64,000 nucleotides of DNA from Utricularia gibba (GCA_002189035.1 NEEC01000023.1:186001-250000); one strand, 5' to 3'. Shown: positions 25,051-36,109, counted from the first letter of the stretch. Translations and numbers: made by a program. Notes: generated by a model from the letters alone, not told the origin.

Positions 25051-27703
25051 ATGATGCGTAGACAGCATACCGCCATTCTTGACACGAGAAATGGGAGGGG
25101 GAGGAAATGCAAAGTCAGAAAGCGGGGCACCACACCCTCCTCCTCCTCATCACTAGCGAAGAACTATCGATTGAAACGCTGCGTTTTAATCGGGCGAAAA
25201 ACTCCCAAAACAGCAATGGAGAGCCGGAAGGAGTGCCTGGTATCTGCGAGAAAGCTGGGAGCTGATCTCTGGGAAACCAGCTGTCTGTCTTCCAAGAGGG
25301 AAGAAGAAGCTGAGGCAGAAGAAGCGTTCGTAAACGATAAGGTTTTGGAGTCATCTTCCAACTCAGGAGCCATGGTTCTTCGATCCTCCGACCTCCTGCA
25401 TTCCATCAAGGTCCCATTTTTTTCTTCTTCTTGGGTCGTTTGAGATCATCCCCAGTTGCAGAAACTATTTAAATGCCTCTTCTTTTTCGGCTCCTCAGAG
25501 AATGGATCTTGGAAAAAGCAGAAGGATTGAAAGGGGTGGATCATTGAAACTGATACCAACTGAGTATGATCAGGTACACGTCATATCCTGCCTGCTGACC
25601 TACATAATTAATTTTTTTGTAAAAAAATATTTTTTAATTATAAAGAATTATTACCCATTTAAATCCCATTTGGATTAGTCTTAAAATAGGATTATATCCC
25701 CTTTTTCGTAATTATTTACTTAATAAAAAAGTGTTTTTATTAATAAAAAACCCTCTTTGTTGTTTTTAATTAAGAAAAAACCCCCCACGTTGACTAAACA
25801 ACTCCCACTGATATCTGTCCACGTGCCCTATTGTCCATAATTCTTTGTTGCCTTCTTCTTTATATCATAATAAATTGGAATCCTTGCATGTTGTAAGGGA
25901 GGAACATGGGGTGTTCTTTCTTATGGGATCCACTCACCACTCTCATACTATTGTCTTAACACAATGATAATACATGGTATAGAAATTAAACCATAAACGA
26001 AATTTTCGTGTCAAGATAAAATTAAGTATAAAAATATTAAGAGAAAACTTTTAAGATTGTGTTTGATAGATAGTTTCGAAAAATATTACATTTAGGACAT
26101 GTTTTATTGTTTTTAAAGTTAATTTTCAAAAATTATTTCTAATGAAATAGAAATTGAATGTTAATAAAATTAATTTTACCATGTTTTTTCTATAAATAAA
26201 AGTTTGATTCAAAGAGATAAAGTGAATGTTTGGGTAAAATAAATTAATAATTTAATTTTAAATAATTTTATTTTATGTTAATGAAAAAAAATAAGAGAGT
26301 GTTTTATTTTAAATTTTATAGATAATTTAAAATTATATTTAAGTAATTTTATATAATTAAATTAATCTATTAAATGTACTTTAATTTTAAACGGTATCAA
26401 ACCTATTATGGTTGCAATTTGTTTCAAATATTAATTATTGTGTTTGGAACCATTTCCTAAGTAGGGAGTTGATGAGAATTTTAGTTCTGAAGTTTTTAGA
26501 ATATCAATTTTATTATAAAATTAGGATAAGAAACAGATGCATGTTCTTCCCTGTCTAAGCTTCTTGAATCGGTTGGAAAACAGAGCACTTGCAGGGATGT
26601 CGTTGTTTCGAACTACAGTCGTCTGAAGGACGTGTACAACACCCTCATAACTTCAAGGGAGCTCCTGAAGGTGATGAACAAGCTCTGCAATTTCCATCAG
26701 CAGGATGCGACGGTCCCCTCCCTCTTCGCGGCGCTCAAGTACGAGCTCAACAGGACCTTCACCATTGTCACAAACCTGCTCCACGACCGGAGCGCGAGCC
26801 TCCCTGAGATAGAGCTTCTTCTGGAAGAAGAGAGGAGGATGTGGAAGATGAAGGAGCAAGATAGGATCCGGTCCGCCATTGCATCTGTGGTTTCGGAGCT
26901 GGAGAAGGAGAAGAGATTGAAGCGGCAAGCGGAGAGGCTGAACGCTCAACTTGGGCATGAACTTATGGAGGCGAAGGCATCGCTTTCCAGAGCCAGCAAG
27001 GAGCTCGAGAACGAGAAGAGGGCTCTGGAAGTACTTGAGCAAGTGTGCCATGATTTGGCCAGAGGCATTACAGAAGACAGGGCGCAGGTATAGTGCTCTC
27101 AGGAATTCAACTCCCTGTAAACATTTCATGAATGGGATCACGTGGAAACAGGTGGAGAAGTTGAAGAAACAGTCGGAGAAGGAGAGGGACGAGGTGGAGA
27201 AGGAGAGGGAAATGCTTCAACTTGCTGATGTTCTGCGCGAGGAGCGTGTGCAGATGAAGCTCTGTGAAGCGAGATATCAGTTTGAAGAGAAGAACGCAGC
27301 TGTGGACAAGCTGAGAAACGAGCTTCAGTCATATCTCAAGTCCAAGAAGACCGAAGAGCAAGGCGTGATTCATTCTCCAAGGTATAAAAAGATAGTGGAG
27401 CTAGAGACATACCTGAAGGAATCACCAAAGCAAACCCAGAACGAAGACGAAGAGGATGAAGAGAGTGATCTTCATTCCATTGAGCTGAATGCTGAGGACT
27501 TAACAAGAGGAGTTCAATGGATCACCGCACAAGAAAGTGCCCCAAATGGGAAGAGGGAGGAGGAGGAGATGGAGATGTACAGGATGATCAAGGATCTAAG
27601 AGACAGGATTGTTTCGGGCGCACATCCGGCTGCGCCGCAGGATCATCTTCCTGGTTCAAGCAAAAGGCTTAGCTTCTCTGCCAGCGGGAAGTTCTTGGAA
27701 TGA
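25051..27703 (+). CDS. Coiled-coil protein of the BRANCHLESS TRICHOME-like / At5g41620-like family, about 4 exons
   Basis: Exons ~25051-25410, 25499-25573, ~26560-27087, 27152-27703. Motifs KVRKRG..SSSSS, VSARKLGADLWE, SRELLKV, EREMLQLADVLREERVQMKL, ESDLHSIELN. Confidence 0.8.
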
Positions 27704-29018
27704 ATTGTTTCAATTTACAGAAAATAAACATACAAATATTGAGAATATACCATTTTTTGTTTACTATAATTTGTGAGCCATGGAAAACCCAACAGAGCTT
27801 GATGTGTTTGAAGCAGCAGTGCAAACAATCAGAGCAAAACTTTCATTACATTTGTTACGGACGAGGGATGTAATCTATTTTAATAGAAAAATCATTTTAA
27901 TTTTACATGATATCTTTTATCTAAAAATGAAAAATATAAAATTATGAGAATAATATGTTCGAAATGAACAATATCATATAAGATTGGTAAATCATAATAT
28001 TTTATATCAGAATGAAACTCGGATTCATAATTGATACATGTCATGGTGTGTTTGTGAAAATGACTGGAAAATTCTGAAATTTAAAAATTTATTTTTATTT
28101 TTCATGAATAATTTTACAATAATTTATATTGAATTCAACACATCCTAAAAAAATAGAATTCATTTCAAAATTATAAATAAATCAAATAATGGATCTAACC
28201 TGTTTTTAATAAATTCAAAAAATTCAATTCACAGTGTAAAAAAAATTTCTATTTCGAAGCTATTTTGTGGAAGTAGTGTACTTGATGGTGCGGTTATCAA
28301 AAGAAGAAAATTATGCGTTTGGCACATGGTGTGTTTGTGGGCATTGAGACATGTGATTGGTGTGCAGAGATACTTGACACCCTTTTCCTTTTATTTTTTA
28401 ATTAATTTAATTTGTCACTTTGTTTTTAATTTGGAATAATTTGAAGATGTAAAGAGTTATTTAGATTTAATGATAGTTTTATTGAAAAAAGATTCTTATG
28501 GACAAATATTGGGCTTGATGAGAGCAGGCTCACTTTGATGGAGACAAACATGTTGATGGGCTGAGCTTCAACAAGCCCACTATTCAAAAGTGTTAACGGC
28601 ATTCTCGTTTTATTTTGCTTCCGTTTCTGGGTTAGGGATTGTGGTGATGAGCGAGCACTCTCGGCTCCCCGGCCACCGTCTAATGTCCTGCGCCACTGCC
28701 GCGATCGCGTGATGATGGTGAGTTTTTCTTTGAGGAATTTCATGTTTGGGCATGCTTGCGTCGTTGCCGTATTGTTACACTCTGGAATCTAAGAATGTTG
28801 AGACCTTTTTGTTTGAAGTGTGCGCCAAGCTGATTTGCCTTTTGGGCATGTTTTGGATTTGAATATGATTGTGATTTATCCAGTTTGAAATCCAGGGATT
28901 TCCAACCAAGTTTGATAGAAACTGATTCGGATTGCGAGATAGCCGTTGATCACAGGACGATCATAGAAGAATTTGTGTTGATTTACTTCTGTCTTCACTC
29001 AATGTTTCGGCATTAGCT

Positions 29019-30059
29019 ATGCTGTGTTTGGTGAAATGTCGGGGTGTGTTCAAAAGATGTGGGTACGAACATATTTGGATTCTGAGATCGTTTGCGTCTG
29101 AATCTGCGACTGCACGGAGTCTTGGTTATTCAGATTCAGGGAATCATCTTAGTAGTGAAAACAGTGTTGCAGTCTTTTGGGATCTGGATAACAAGCCACC
29201 CAAGTCAATCCCTCTTTTCGATGCTGCCATCAGGTTAAAGAAAGTAGCAGAGAATTTGGGTTTTGTCAAGCATATGGTTGCATACGGCAATGGCCATGCT
29301 TTCAGCTATTCCTCTCCTTCAGCCAGGGTAGAAGGTGAGTTTGGAAACCGAAGAAAAACCTGGGATTTCATCAAGCCAAAGGAACCCTACGTATGTGGAG
29401 TTTGTGGGAGGAGATTTTACACTGCCGAGAAGCTGAACAATCACTTCAAAATTCATGAGTGTGAGCACACGAAACGGCTGAACCAGATTGAGTCATCAAG
29501 AGGGATGCGGCGAGTGAACTTGGTGGGCAAGTACTTCATGAAGATGGAGAAATACAGAAATGCTGCTAAACAGATGTCGATCCCTAAAGATGGCTATAGC
29601 CTTGCTGATGAGCTGAAGCAGGCAGGGTTCTCATTCACTCAGGCAGGCGGTGCGAGACAAAGAATTGTGGATATGATTGACAGAAGGGTAATCAACTGCT
29701 TGGTTCTTGTTTCCCATGATTCAGGTTATGAGGGTATGCTGAAGGAATGGAGGGATTGTTTGAGGACGGTTGTTGTAGGTGATACCAATGATGGAGCACT
29801 AAAAAGAATAGCAGATGCTTCCTTCTCTTGGCAGGAAATTATGATGGGGAAAGCCAGGAAAGAGGCTTTATCAGTTGTTGGTAAATGGAAAGACCAGGAT
29901 GTTTTGAAGAGGCTGGAGTGGAACTATGATCCTAAAACCGAGAAGAAATTTTATCGTCATGAAATGGAGAGCGAGGACTTCGAAAGCATTGGTTTGAATA
30001 GGGAAAGTGATGGTCCTTGGTGGAAGTTGCAACCAGAAAATGATGTCAAAAGACCTTGA
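29019..30059 (+). CDS. NYN (PIN-like)-domain protein with inserted C2H2 zinc finger, intronless
   Basis: VFWDLDNKPP NYN start, CGVCGRRFYTAEKLNNHFKIH (C-x2-C-x12-H-x3-H), LRTVVVGD..LKRIADASFSW. The N-terminus resembles an organellar transit peptide. Confidence 0.82.
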   Translation: MLCLVKCRGVFKRCGYEHIWILRSFASESATARSLGYSDSGNHLSSENSVAVFWDLDNKPPKSIPLFDAAIRLKKVAENLGFVKHMVAYGNGHAFSYSSPSARVEGEFGNRRKTWDFIKPKEPYVCGVCGRRFYTAEKLNNHFKIHECEHTKRLNQIESSRGMRRVNLVGKYFMKMEKYRNAAKQMSIPKDGYSLADELKQAGFSFTQAGGARQRIVDMIDRRVINCLVLVSHDSGYEGMLKEWRDCLRTVVVGDTNDGALKRIADASFSWQEIMMGKARKEALSVVGKWKDQDVLKRLEWNYDPKTEKKFYRHEMESEDFESIGLNRESDGPWWKLQPENDVKRP

Positions 30060-30710
30060 ATTTGTTTTCTGAATTATGCTCCTCACAGTACGCATTCAAG
30101 ATCCCTGAGAAGATGCCTGTTTGCATCTTGGCCGCCACTGACTTCCAGCAGAGCTCTTTACATGCAGCATCATTCATGTCGCCGGCTAAATCATCCTGCG
30201 CCTGCCGAGCTCTTGGTCTAGAGGCAAAGAAGCTCCTCTCAGTTCGAGAAAAAAAAGTGCTGTGATGCTGGTTACGAAAAAATTGAACTTGAAAATCCGA
30301 CTTCTTCGGCGGAGACAGAAAATTCGTTGGCCTTCCGTCTCCTCCGCCTCCCCGGCGGATGCATCCGACACATCGGCGCCGGTCATCTCCCCGGTCGGCA
30401 TCAAAGCCGCCTTCGACGGCGGAAGAACCCGATCACTCAGAGCGCGACATGCAAATTTCGGGCCGTTTCATAGAAACAGACTTTTATATTTTTAAAAAAT
30501 AATTATCATTTGATATTAAAATTGCAATCTTGGAGAGTTGTTTATTTTGAATTATCCTTAGAAAACAATCAATTTTAATTAATTCATCGACAAATAACAT
30601 TAAATGATTTTCATAAGGTCACACGCATCATAGTCTCCCTATTTTTTCATTATTACTATTATTATTATTTTCCAGAGATGCGGTTGAGCCTCAAGGCGGT
30701 GGCTCGCCCC

Positions 30711-31090
30711 TCAGTTGTGATCGGGGTTCGGTCCGCCCGGAACCAGCCGGAGCTCCGACGACCAGTCTCTCCCCTTCTCTGCACGGTAACCCCCCTCCGC
30801 TGCAATCCTCTTTGCCTCCAACAATATCTGTGCAAAAAATCAGACAAAGAGAAAAACAACGGTACGTGTTTTCATGCACAAGGTACTACCTGGCTACGCA
30901 GAACCCCTAGCTCCTCCACATTCCTGCTGCACTCTGCAATGGACAAACCGATCGTCGTTATACAGAAGATCATCGGACGGTTTTCACGTTAGACGGACTT
31001 ACCGACGACGGTGGTGGTGGCGGCGAATACGAGCACGACCAAGACAGCAATCAGACAGACGGCAACAGCCTTAGAAGAACCCGCAGCCAT
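30711..31090 (-). CDS. CLE peptide precursor, CLV3-type three-exon gene (copy A), 82 aa, CLE motif RLVPGGPNPDHN
   Basis: Exons 31090-31003 (88 nt), 30933-30890 (44 nt), 30827-30711 (117 nt), GT-AG introns. Protein: MAAGSSKAVAVCLIAVLVVLVFAATTTVVECSRNVEELGVLRSQILLEAKRIAAEGGYRAEKGRDWSSELRLVPGGPNPDHN*. Not in the ORF track. Confidence 0.88.
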
Positions 31091-31147
31091 TCTCATTGAG
31101 ATTCCTTCCCCGATGGCGGTGGAGGTGAAATGAAATGCGGCTGGGGA

Positions 31148-31155
31148 TATTTATA
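31148..31155 (-). promoter_or_regulatory. TATA box of CLE copy A
   Basis: TATAAATA on the minus strand, ~58 nt upstream of ATG 31090. Confidence 0.65.
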
Positions 31156-31886
31156 GATCGATCTGATAAATGGAAGGTATATACTGTGCATTTGCATTTC
31201 ACTTGTCGTGATTTGTGTATTTCCCCATAAATGGGAATGAATATTTGGAATATTAATTGATTTGATTCTCTAATTAATTGCTTTCTATTTACTCGAAGAT
31301 ATCACACCAAACAGCCATCTTCTTTCCCACTTACTGAAAATTAAAAATTTTAATTTTAATTTAGTATTTCTCAATTTCATAATTCTTTTAATTTTTAAAT
31401 AATTACGAAAGAAACAAGGAAATAAAATGAATTTAACTTTTTCAATTTAAATAAATAAAATAAAATATAATTAATTTTTTAGGTAATATTTAGTTATTGA
31501 CATTAGAAATAATATTGATTGATTTAAAAAAATAAGAAATAATAAATTCATATATATGAAGTTTAAAAAAACTTTTCTTTCAAACTTTTTATAAACTAAC
31601 AACTAAATATTCTATAGTTTATAATATTAAATTTAAATCTGTATGTTCAACCTCAGATCAATCAAACACATACAATTGCACTGGGATTCATGAGTTTTTA
31701 GCAGTGGACGAGTCTCTTATGGCGTTAGCTTTAGTTCTGGGTGCGTGGTAGACTAAGTTAGAAAACAAGCTTTCTACATTGCACTACTTCTATCAAAACT
31801 ACAACCAACATGCTATACTCGAGTTTTCCGATGGAGCTTCCCAAAAAGAGAACTACTGAGGTTGAAGATGCAGAACAATAGAACCA

Positions 31887-32361
31887 TTATGGAACTTGTG
31901 GCCTCTGAGGATCCTGGCCAGTATGGTGCAACGGGTCAGGCCCTGCGGGAACCTTTCTCAGCTTCAAAGTCTCTGCTATCTGTTTCTTCATCCCTCCAGC
32001 CTGACTGTTCTCCATCGCCACCTTCCTCGCTTCCAGGAGCAACTGAAAGGCTCACCACTTAAAGTTAGTTATACATCCATGTAGAAAAGTAAATGGGATC
32101 AGTTCACATGCATACCTCCCCGCGCAGAAATTGTAACCTGTCCAAACTCCTACTGCACCCTGTGAAAATAGCATATAATCACCTTTTCAGTACACAACAA
32201 ATGCTTGCAGCTATTTATTGTTAGGGAAATAGATGTTTTTTTCGTATATTGATGATTGCATATAGCAGCTAACCAGCAACATCTTTGAGGGAGAAGAAGC
32301 AGACAAGCATCAGCAAGGAGGAAAGAGCAGCTCTTGAAGTGGAACCCCTATTTCTTGCCAT
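31887..32361 (-). CDS. CLV3: CLAVATA3-like CLE peptide precursor (copy B), 95 aa, CLE motif RKVPAGPDPLHH plus C-terminal extension
   Basis: Exons 32361-32274 (88 nt), 32159-32116 (44 nt), 32042-31887 (156 nt). Protein: MARNRGSTSRAALSSLLMLVCFFSLKDVAGCSRSLDRLQFLRGELLLEARKVAMENSQAGGMKKQIAETLKLRKVPAGPDPLHHTGQDPQRPQVP*. The three-exon layout and P-rich tail are CLV3 hallmarks. Not in the ORF track. Confidence 0.88.
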
Positions 32362-32427
32362 TGGAACGACCAGTCAATCTTTATTACCAAAGAATATGAG
32401 ATGTTTCTGAATAAATGGGGAGAGACG

Positions 32428-32435
32428 TATATATA
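32428..32435 (-). promoter_or_regulatory. TATA box of CLV3-like copy B
   Basis: TATATATA ~70 nt upstream of ATG 32361. Confidence 0.55.
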
Positions 32436-34083
32436 ATGGGAGGAAGCAAAAGACAGGGGAGAAGAAATGATTGCATGAAGCAGCAATTTTGGAGTAAGAT
32501 TACGGCTATGAAATGACTGTGTAGTATGTGCAAGTAAAGTTTCTTTTTTTACCAAAAAAGAGGAAAGGAGTAAACCTTAATGATCATCCTCCTATGGGAT
32601 TCTCTTGGCTGTTGTGCTTTTTTGACGGCGCCGCATAGGCTTGTCACATGACATGGATGACGTCGTGGGGTTTCTGAACGTTTCCTCTGTCGTGTTTTGA
32701 TTTTGGTTGCTCTGAGTTTCGAGGCGCAACTCGAGATTGATGCGATGGCTGTAAGGATATGCACTGGGAAACTGTCATGTCATGGGGATTCTATGTTTGG
32801 TGCTAGCACGTCTCAATACTTGCATGGGTTTCTCTGATTTTTCCCCAAAATCCCTTCTGCTCTTCCATGCTGTCTTGGCTACAAAAGGGAAAAATCCAGA
32901 GAATTAGTGTGACATGAACAGTGATATGAATGTGTGTTTTCAAGTGAAGGCAGCATTTTAGGCGTCAGAAGTTTGGGAATCTCTAATGAAATGGATTGTC
33001 TCTAAGGATGTGGCTTTCCAATATCATCAGCCTTTCAGATGGATATCAATCACACAGCAGAGACAACAGCCTCCTGCTGTTGTTCTGTTCTGCAGGGGCA
33101 GCAGCCTTCTGGATCTTGTCATGTTGGACACGTTCACAGAATCGAGTTTGAACCCACTTACAGGATGAAGAGAACAGCAATGCAGGGACATGATCTCGGC
33201 GTGTTGCTCTGGCTGCTGCAATGGCTTGAAGGGGAGAAACCCCCGCAGTCTGTGCACAGGATGACAGAGCCTGGTCTCGGCAACAACTTCTCACGATCCT
33301 CCGGGATCCGCTAGAGTATGCAGGAGAGTGAACACATTCCTCTCATTATTTTGTCAGCAGCTGCTTACTGGATAAACACAATAACAAAAGAAGACATATA
33401 AAGGATGCTATACAGTTACTCTACAGTGTCATTCTTGTGTTCATGCTTAAGCGTGTCCCTTATCTGTGTCCCGGCTTCCAAAGCAAGTGGAGAACAAGGA
33501 TCCAAAATCTACAGATGTGAAATCAGGCGATTCAAATGCTATATTTTTTTTATTTTAGAAAAAAATGAGACAGATTTAATCCATTGGGAGCCTGTGATCT
33601 GCCATCCAGCACTGATGGACAAGCAAGCAGTGTGAAATTTACACAGAACCTGTGATCTTCATTTGGTATATTTGAGTACTGTAGCTTTACAATTCTGGGA
33701 TACCTTAGACAGAATTTTACAATTCGCATATCTGGTATTTGCATAGAGCAAGCCACACACAGATCTCAGATTGTAAGCAACTGTGTTTGCATGTGTGAAT
33801 AGCTTCACCAGCCCCTTGGTTCTGATGTTGGTGCTAGAGCTTGAAATGAACCAGTTGTAGCGGCAGCAAGTAGCTGTACGCCGACTATCTACCAAATGAA
33901 AAGGACTCTATTTAACACATGAGACAATCATGATAATCAGAAAGCTAAATTTCATGCCTTGTCAACTAGAAACACAACATTATCACATGCAATATAGAAC
34001 TGCATTCCACGGTGCACAGAGGAAAGACCAATAAAAGAAAAAGGGGTCACCTTCTCTATATACATATTTATTCATAACGAGTG

Positions 34084-35160
34084 TCAGTCGTTGAAGATAA
34101 CTGAATCTGCGAGCTCCATCAGGGGGTTCAAGCAATCAGGAGAGAATTTCCGAGCGAACATATAAGAATAAGTGGAGTTCGATTCCCTGAGCTGGTGAAT
34201 TAGCTCAGGAGAAATTTCAGCAGGCTGATAAGTATGTGGTTGCCCAAATCTACTACCGGTTGTCAGTGTAAAATGTGTACAACCATTTGGATCCTGCATA
34301 GATAACAAAGTTGGAAGATAGTGCTCTTCAGGGAAGCAAGCATCCTCTTTGATGCAAGGCATCTTAAACTTGCGCCATAGATTTGTATCACTGATCACCA
34401 TCAAAGAGTGCTTTCTAGTAAGAACGAAAAACTGTGATCCAGAACGAAATTCATCAAACGGGATTTCAGGAAGCATCACGCCCTCCCCTCTAGCATTATA
34501 CCTATCCCACAGACTGCTCTCATTGTCCTGAATCTCAATGTAGCTTGAGAATTCCAATTTCATGGACAGTCGCCCCAGGTCAAACAGAAAGTTATACAAG
34601 TAATGAAACGAGTGAAGTGGGATACAGTGCTGTGAGACCATTGCGAAGTAGGCATTGGACGGATCATCCAGCATAGCGGTGGCTAAGAGGCGGCGAGCGG
34701 CGGAGATGAGAGTCGGGGAGGAGGATTGGGTTCTCTTGGAAGGTATAGATCTGCCTTCGAAGACACCTGAAAGAGTGATCTTAACAGAAGGGTCAGCGTG
34801 GATGTAGATATTGTAAAGTCTCGAAGTGACATTCGTAAAGAACCGTTCCCACAAAGGAGCGAAATGGAGGGGGGAGTCCGTGAGAAAAAGAAAAGCGATC
34901 TTGGGGCGACGGAGGGAAGCGGAAAGATGGGATTTTGCGGAAGGGAGACGCGCGCTACGGCGGGGAAATTTAGCCGAATCCATAGCGATAGCCTTGTGGA
35001 AGAGCGATAAGTCATCGAGCTCGTCAGGCACGGAGATGGAGATCCGGCCGATGGGTAGAAATCTAGGACCGACGAAGAAGATCAACGGCGGCACAGAAAC
35101 GAGAAGAATGAGTATCGGGATCAGTAGGGAGGAGGAGGAGGAGGAGCAATTCGAGGTCAT
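34084..35160 (-). CDS. Core-2/I-branching beta-1,6-N-acetylglucosaminyltransferase family (GT14-like / DUF266) protein, intronless
   Basis: TM anchor; KIAFLFLT..PLHFAPLWERFF, YNIYIHADP, LISAARRLLA, GSQFFVL, CFPEEHYLPTLL, MFARKF. ATG at 35160 (the ORF-track start at 35166 is GTG). Confidence 0.9.
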   Translation of the reverse strand: MTSNCSSSSSSLLIPILILLVSVPPLIFFVGPRFLPIGRISISVPDELDDLSLFHKAIAMDSAKFPRRSARLPSAKSHLSASLRRPKIAFLFLTDSPLHFAPLWERFFTNVTSRLYNIYIHADPSVKITLSGVFEGRSIPSKRTQSSSPTLISAARRLLATAMLDDPSNAYFAMVSQHCIPLHSFHYLYNFLFDLGRLSMKLEFSSYIEIQDNESSLWDRYNARGEGVMLPEIPFDEFRSGSQFFVLTRKHSLMVISDTNLWRKFKMPCIKEDACFPEEHYLPTLLSMQDPNGCTHFTLTTGSRFGQPHTYQPAEISPELIHQLRESNSTYSYMFARKFSPDCLNPLMELADSVIFND

Positions 35161-36109
35161 GGTCACAGATGAAGAGGGAATACAGTCCCCAGTCGATCGG
35201 ATTCTGCAACAGTACTACCCGGAGAAGTAGCGGATCTGGTCACCGTCGGCGGTGGTAGCGCTTCGATTGGTTCCTAGGGATTTTGGATTGACGATGGATG
35301 ATTTTTGCTGGCGAATTCGGAGATGGCAGTTATGGACCGGGGCCCACCCTATAATTACAAAACGTGTAAATAAAATGGACTCTTGAGCAAAGTCAACAGG
35401 CAGGCATCTCCTGCTTGGTCACTCCACTTTCTAAATACGGGTGCTTTTTCCCATAATTTTCATAAATATTTGTCCACAAAAATAGTCGATACCATAAAAC
35501 ACCCTAAAACCAACTTAAATTATTTTTTACCATGGTTGAAGAAAAAAATCACAATAATGGAGCATAATGAACGACTCAACATCTTGTTGCAGTATATTGT
35601 TCATTTCGAACATATAATCCTCATGATTTTACATTTTATTCTTTTGTAAGAAGGTTTAATACAATATTAAGAAGATTCTTATATTTAAATATGTTCTCTT
35701 CCTCACTCATTACCAATATATGATATCGTTTTTAGATTATTCACCACTATTTTCCTCTTTTTAGATACTCAACTCTCTTATTGAATAGTACCTCATTCTA
35801 CTATTGACATGAGTTCGTATATGCCTCTAACATCAATTGTACAGTTCATTGTTTTAATCATACAAAATTAAACCCAAGACTGCTCGAAGCCAATACTAAT
35901 ATTTTTACCTGCATCATCTATAATTAAAAATAAAACTTAGAATATGAATGTGCATTAAGAGTATTTGAATTTGTTTTCAAATAAAAATTCAAAAAAATGG
36001 AAGTGGGAATTTCGTTTTGGGCTGCGGCCTGTGACTCCAAGCCCGGTTACTGATGTGGATTGCGGATAAGGGAACGGTGAGTGCATCTCTCTGCACTCGG
36101 GTTGGTTCA

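Noticed and set aside
26589-26807. Apparent frame conflict at the third exon of the coiled-coil gene
   Set aside because: In-frame acceptors exist at 26559/26560 and 26583/26584, so no frameshift is needed.
30418-30442. Short inverted similarity (ggcgga..gaacccgatcac) to the CLE-A coding motif
   Set aside because: About 20 nt only, with no flanking homology; compatible with chance.
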